From the NCBI GenBank assembly GCA_046484135.1, contig JAWOBU010000242.1:1-10179 (forward strand): DNA of 10,179 bases, given 5' to 3'. The notes beneath the pieces were generated by a model. The model was given only the letters and a program-made list of their open reading frames with translations, had not been told where the DNA came from and did not search any database. The DNA is from a bacterium (GTDB lineage: Bacteria > RBG-13-61-14 > DATKZS01). Every line of letters begins with the position of its first letter. Within the stretch, counting starts at the first letter, position 1. Shown here in pieces: positions 8,243-10,179 of the stretch. Made by a program: the position numbers and the translations under genes.

Positions 8243-9820
8243 ATGAACGAGAAAACAGATAAAAAAGCGGCCGAACCTGAACCGGAGGAAAGCCGGCTCC
8301 GGGAAAGCGCTCTCATGGAGATGGCCAAGGCTTTCCGGGGGCTGGCCATGTATCCTCCCGGCCATCCCCAGCGTTCCAAGCTCATCTCCCAGGCCCAGCA
8401 AGGGCTGCAAGGGGTACTGGGAAGACTGGGGGACATTTCCTTCCAGGTGGGAAGGAACGCTTTCATCTGCGGCGAGAGCAAGCTGGGGACCGGCCAGGAA
8501 GCAGTGCGGGAGCTGGCGGAAGACATGCACCAGCGGCAGGTGAAGAGCTTTTCCCTGCGGCGGGAACTCAGCGTAAAAGACCTGACCGCTTTCATGGAAA
8601 TGCTCCAACAGGACGCGGAGAAGTTCCGCCAGGGCAAGTATATCGAGAAATGGCTCACCAGCAGGGAGGTCAGCACCATCTGGGTGAACGAGATTGATTT
8701 CAGCCGGATGGTGAAATCCTCGGAGGACCTGGAGGAAGAGGAGCAGGAAGAGGAAGAAGCCACTAAAAGCCTGGACGAGCAAATCCGGGAGCTTTTGGGG
8801 CTGCTTGAAGAAGAGAGCGACCCGGACAACTTTGACCGGCTGCTGCGGGAGCTGGAAGTGCTGGTGCGGCCCCTCCTGGAAGAGAAACAGTACAACAAGG
8901 CATGGTGGGTGGTGTCTTCCCTGCTTATGCATACCGACCCGGAAAAGCGACCGGGAGCGGCAGGCGAGTCCATCCGGGCCCGGGTGGCCCGGAGCCTTTC
9001 CGAGATGGTGGACAAGCCGTTTTTGATGCACCTCATGGACCGGTACGGCAAGTCGAACGTGTCCGAGCCGGAGTCATATCTCCTCCTGTTCCAGCTTCTC
9101 GGCAAAGACTCCATAAACGCGGCGCTCGATACCATGGCCCGGACCGAGGCCATGGGCGCCTACCGGCCGCTTACAGACTTCATCCTTTCTCAGAAGGAGA
9201 ACTCGTCTCCCATACTTATCTCGCGTCTTTCCATGGAAGAGAAACCTGTCCTGGTCAGAAAAGCGATTTACCTTTTAGGGGTGCTCAAGGACAGAAATGC
9301 GATCGAGGGTATCCGGGAGATGCTTTCTCACCCGGAAAACAAGGTCCGGCGGGAAGCTACTAAGGCGCTGGTGGGTTACCGGAGCAAGGAAGCCTCGCGG
9401 GTGCTGATTTCATCGCTCAACTCAGAGAAGTCTTTCGAGGTCCGCCTGCTGGTGGTCCAGGCGCTCGGTGAAAGCAAGGACCTCGCCGCGGTGGCCCCTT
9501 TGCTGAAGCTGTTGAAATCCACTCCTTTGCGGGAAGACACGCTCCCGCTCATGGAGGCCACAATAGAAACGCTGAGCAAGATTGGCTCCAGAGAAGCGCT
9601 TCCTCCCCTGATCAAGATTCTGAACAAAAGGGCCATTTTTAAGCGGGCCCTGAACTATAGGCTCCGGGTGAAGGCGGCGGAAGCGCTTTCCACGCTGGGA
9701 GGAGAAAACGCCAAACAAGCGCTGGCCCGCTACGCCGATCCCGACAAGCAGGGGGAGCTGGAAAGAAAATGCGCCGAGTCCCTGGAGACGCTCCTGGAAA
9801 AGGACGCCTCCAGCTCGTAA
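8243..9820 (+). CDS. HEAT-repeat protein with an uncharacterised N-terminal 'YPxxHP' domain
   Basis: C-terminal PBS-lyase-type HEAT repeats (LVRKAIYLLG, KVRREATKAL, EVRLLVVQALGE, TIETLSKIG, LRVKAAEALSTLG), an acidic linker (EDLEEEEQEEEE), and an N-terminal domain containing MYPPGHP. Start uncertain: GTG 8225 or ATG 8243. Confidence 0.85.
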   Translation: MNEKTDKKAAEPEPEESRLRESALMEMAKAFRGLAMYPPGHPQRSKLISQAQQGLQGVLGRLGDISFQVGRNAFICGESKLGTGQEAVRELAEDMHQRQVKSFSLRRELSVKDLTAFMEMLQQDAEKFRQGKYIEKWLTSREVSTIWVNEIDFSRMVKSSEDLEEEEQEEEEATKSLDEQIRELLGLLEEESDPDNFDRLLRELEVLVRPLLEEKQYNKAWWVVSSLLMHTDPEKRPGAAGESIRARVARSLSEMVDKPFLMHLMDRYGKSNVSEPESYLLLFQLLGKDSINAALDTMARTEAMGAYRPLTDFILSQKENSSPILISRLSMEEKPVLVRKAIYLLGVLKDRNAIEGIREMLSHPENKVRREATKALVGYRSKEASRVLISSLNSEKSFEVRLLVVQALGESKDLAAVAPLLKLLKSTPLREDTLPLMEATIETLSKIGSREALPPLIKILNKRAIFKRALNYRLRVKAAEALSTLGGENAKQALARYADPDKQGELERKCAESLETLLEKDASSS

Positions 9821-9835
9821 GTCGAGGGCAGAGAT

Positions 9836-10179
9836 ATGACCGAGATCCAAAAGAAAGACCTGGAACAGGTCCTCATCAAGATGCTTTCCGCGTTGAAGAA
9901 CCTTCAGCTCTACCCGGAGAAGCATCCTTCGGTGCAGTCTCCCCTCCAGCAGGGCTTCGAGAACATCTCCAAGCTCCTCCGGTTTAACCGCAGCTTGTCG
10001 CTGGGGGTCATGGACGAGGTCCTGGTGTTCGAGGGCGTTCCTTTTTACTCCTCCCATGTCGCCATAAAAGAAATCCAGACGCGGCTGGAAGAGAGGAACA
10101 TAACCGCGGTGGAGATATTCGAGGGCCTTACCATGGCCGAGTTTACCGCTTTTATAAAGCTCCTGATGGAGCCCCCGGC
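9836..10179 (+). CDS. Partial CDS running off the right edge, with the same 'YPxxHP' N-terminal domain; possibly an HD-GYP phosphodiesterase
   Basis: GAGGG RBS, ATG 9836 lies 15 nt after the HEAT stop, and the frame is open to the window end: MTEIQKKDLEQVLIKMLSALKNLQLYPEKHPSVQSPLQQGFENISKLLRFNRSLSLGVMDEVLVFEGVPFYSSHVAIKEIQTRLEERNITAVEIFEGLTMAEFTAFIKLLMEPP. HD-GYP is inferred from my recollection of similar deltaproteobacterial gene pairs; that domain is not in the window. Confidence 0.75.
   Translation, partial: MTEIQKKDLEQVLIKMLSALKNLQLYPEKHPSVQSPLQQGFENISKLLRFNRSLSLGVMDEVLVFEGVPFYSSHVAIKEIQTRLEERNITAVEIFEGLTMAEFTAFIKLLMEPP

Noticed and set aside
8720..8762. GAG/GAA-rich low-complexity run
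   Set aside because: It encodes the acidic linker of the HEAT protein and is not a DNA repeat array or CRISPR.

Overview
A GC-rich bacterial chromosomal window; the pilin style and sigma-54 wiring suggest a deltaproteobacterial-type organism (inference). The left half, on the - strand, runs: NifA-like GAF/sigma-54/Fis activator, then a TorF/Gcw_chp-like outer-membrane beta-barrel, then a type IVa major pilin, then a 3'-truncated gene resembling an Eco57I/type IIG-like N6-adenine methyltransferase that the ORF track missed. The porin and pilin genes each have a sigma-54 promoter, an IHF-like site and a shared CTACGAA box in near-identical spacing. The right half, on the + strand, runs: COG1751 (PK_C-like) protein, a ChlI/MoxR-like AAA+ ATPase with a vWA/MIDAS partner, a HEAT-repeat protein, and a truncated gene (also missed by the ORF track). 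The last two proteins share an unnamed ~100-aa 'YPxxHP' N-terminal domain. The divergent intergenic region holds a small IS1634-like transposase remnant, and a degenerate inverted-repeat pair lies downstream of pilA. No rRNA, tRNA or CRISPR array was seen.
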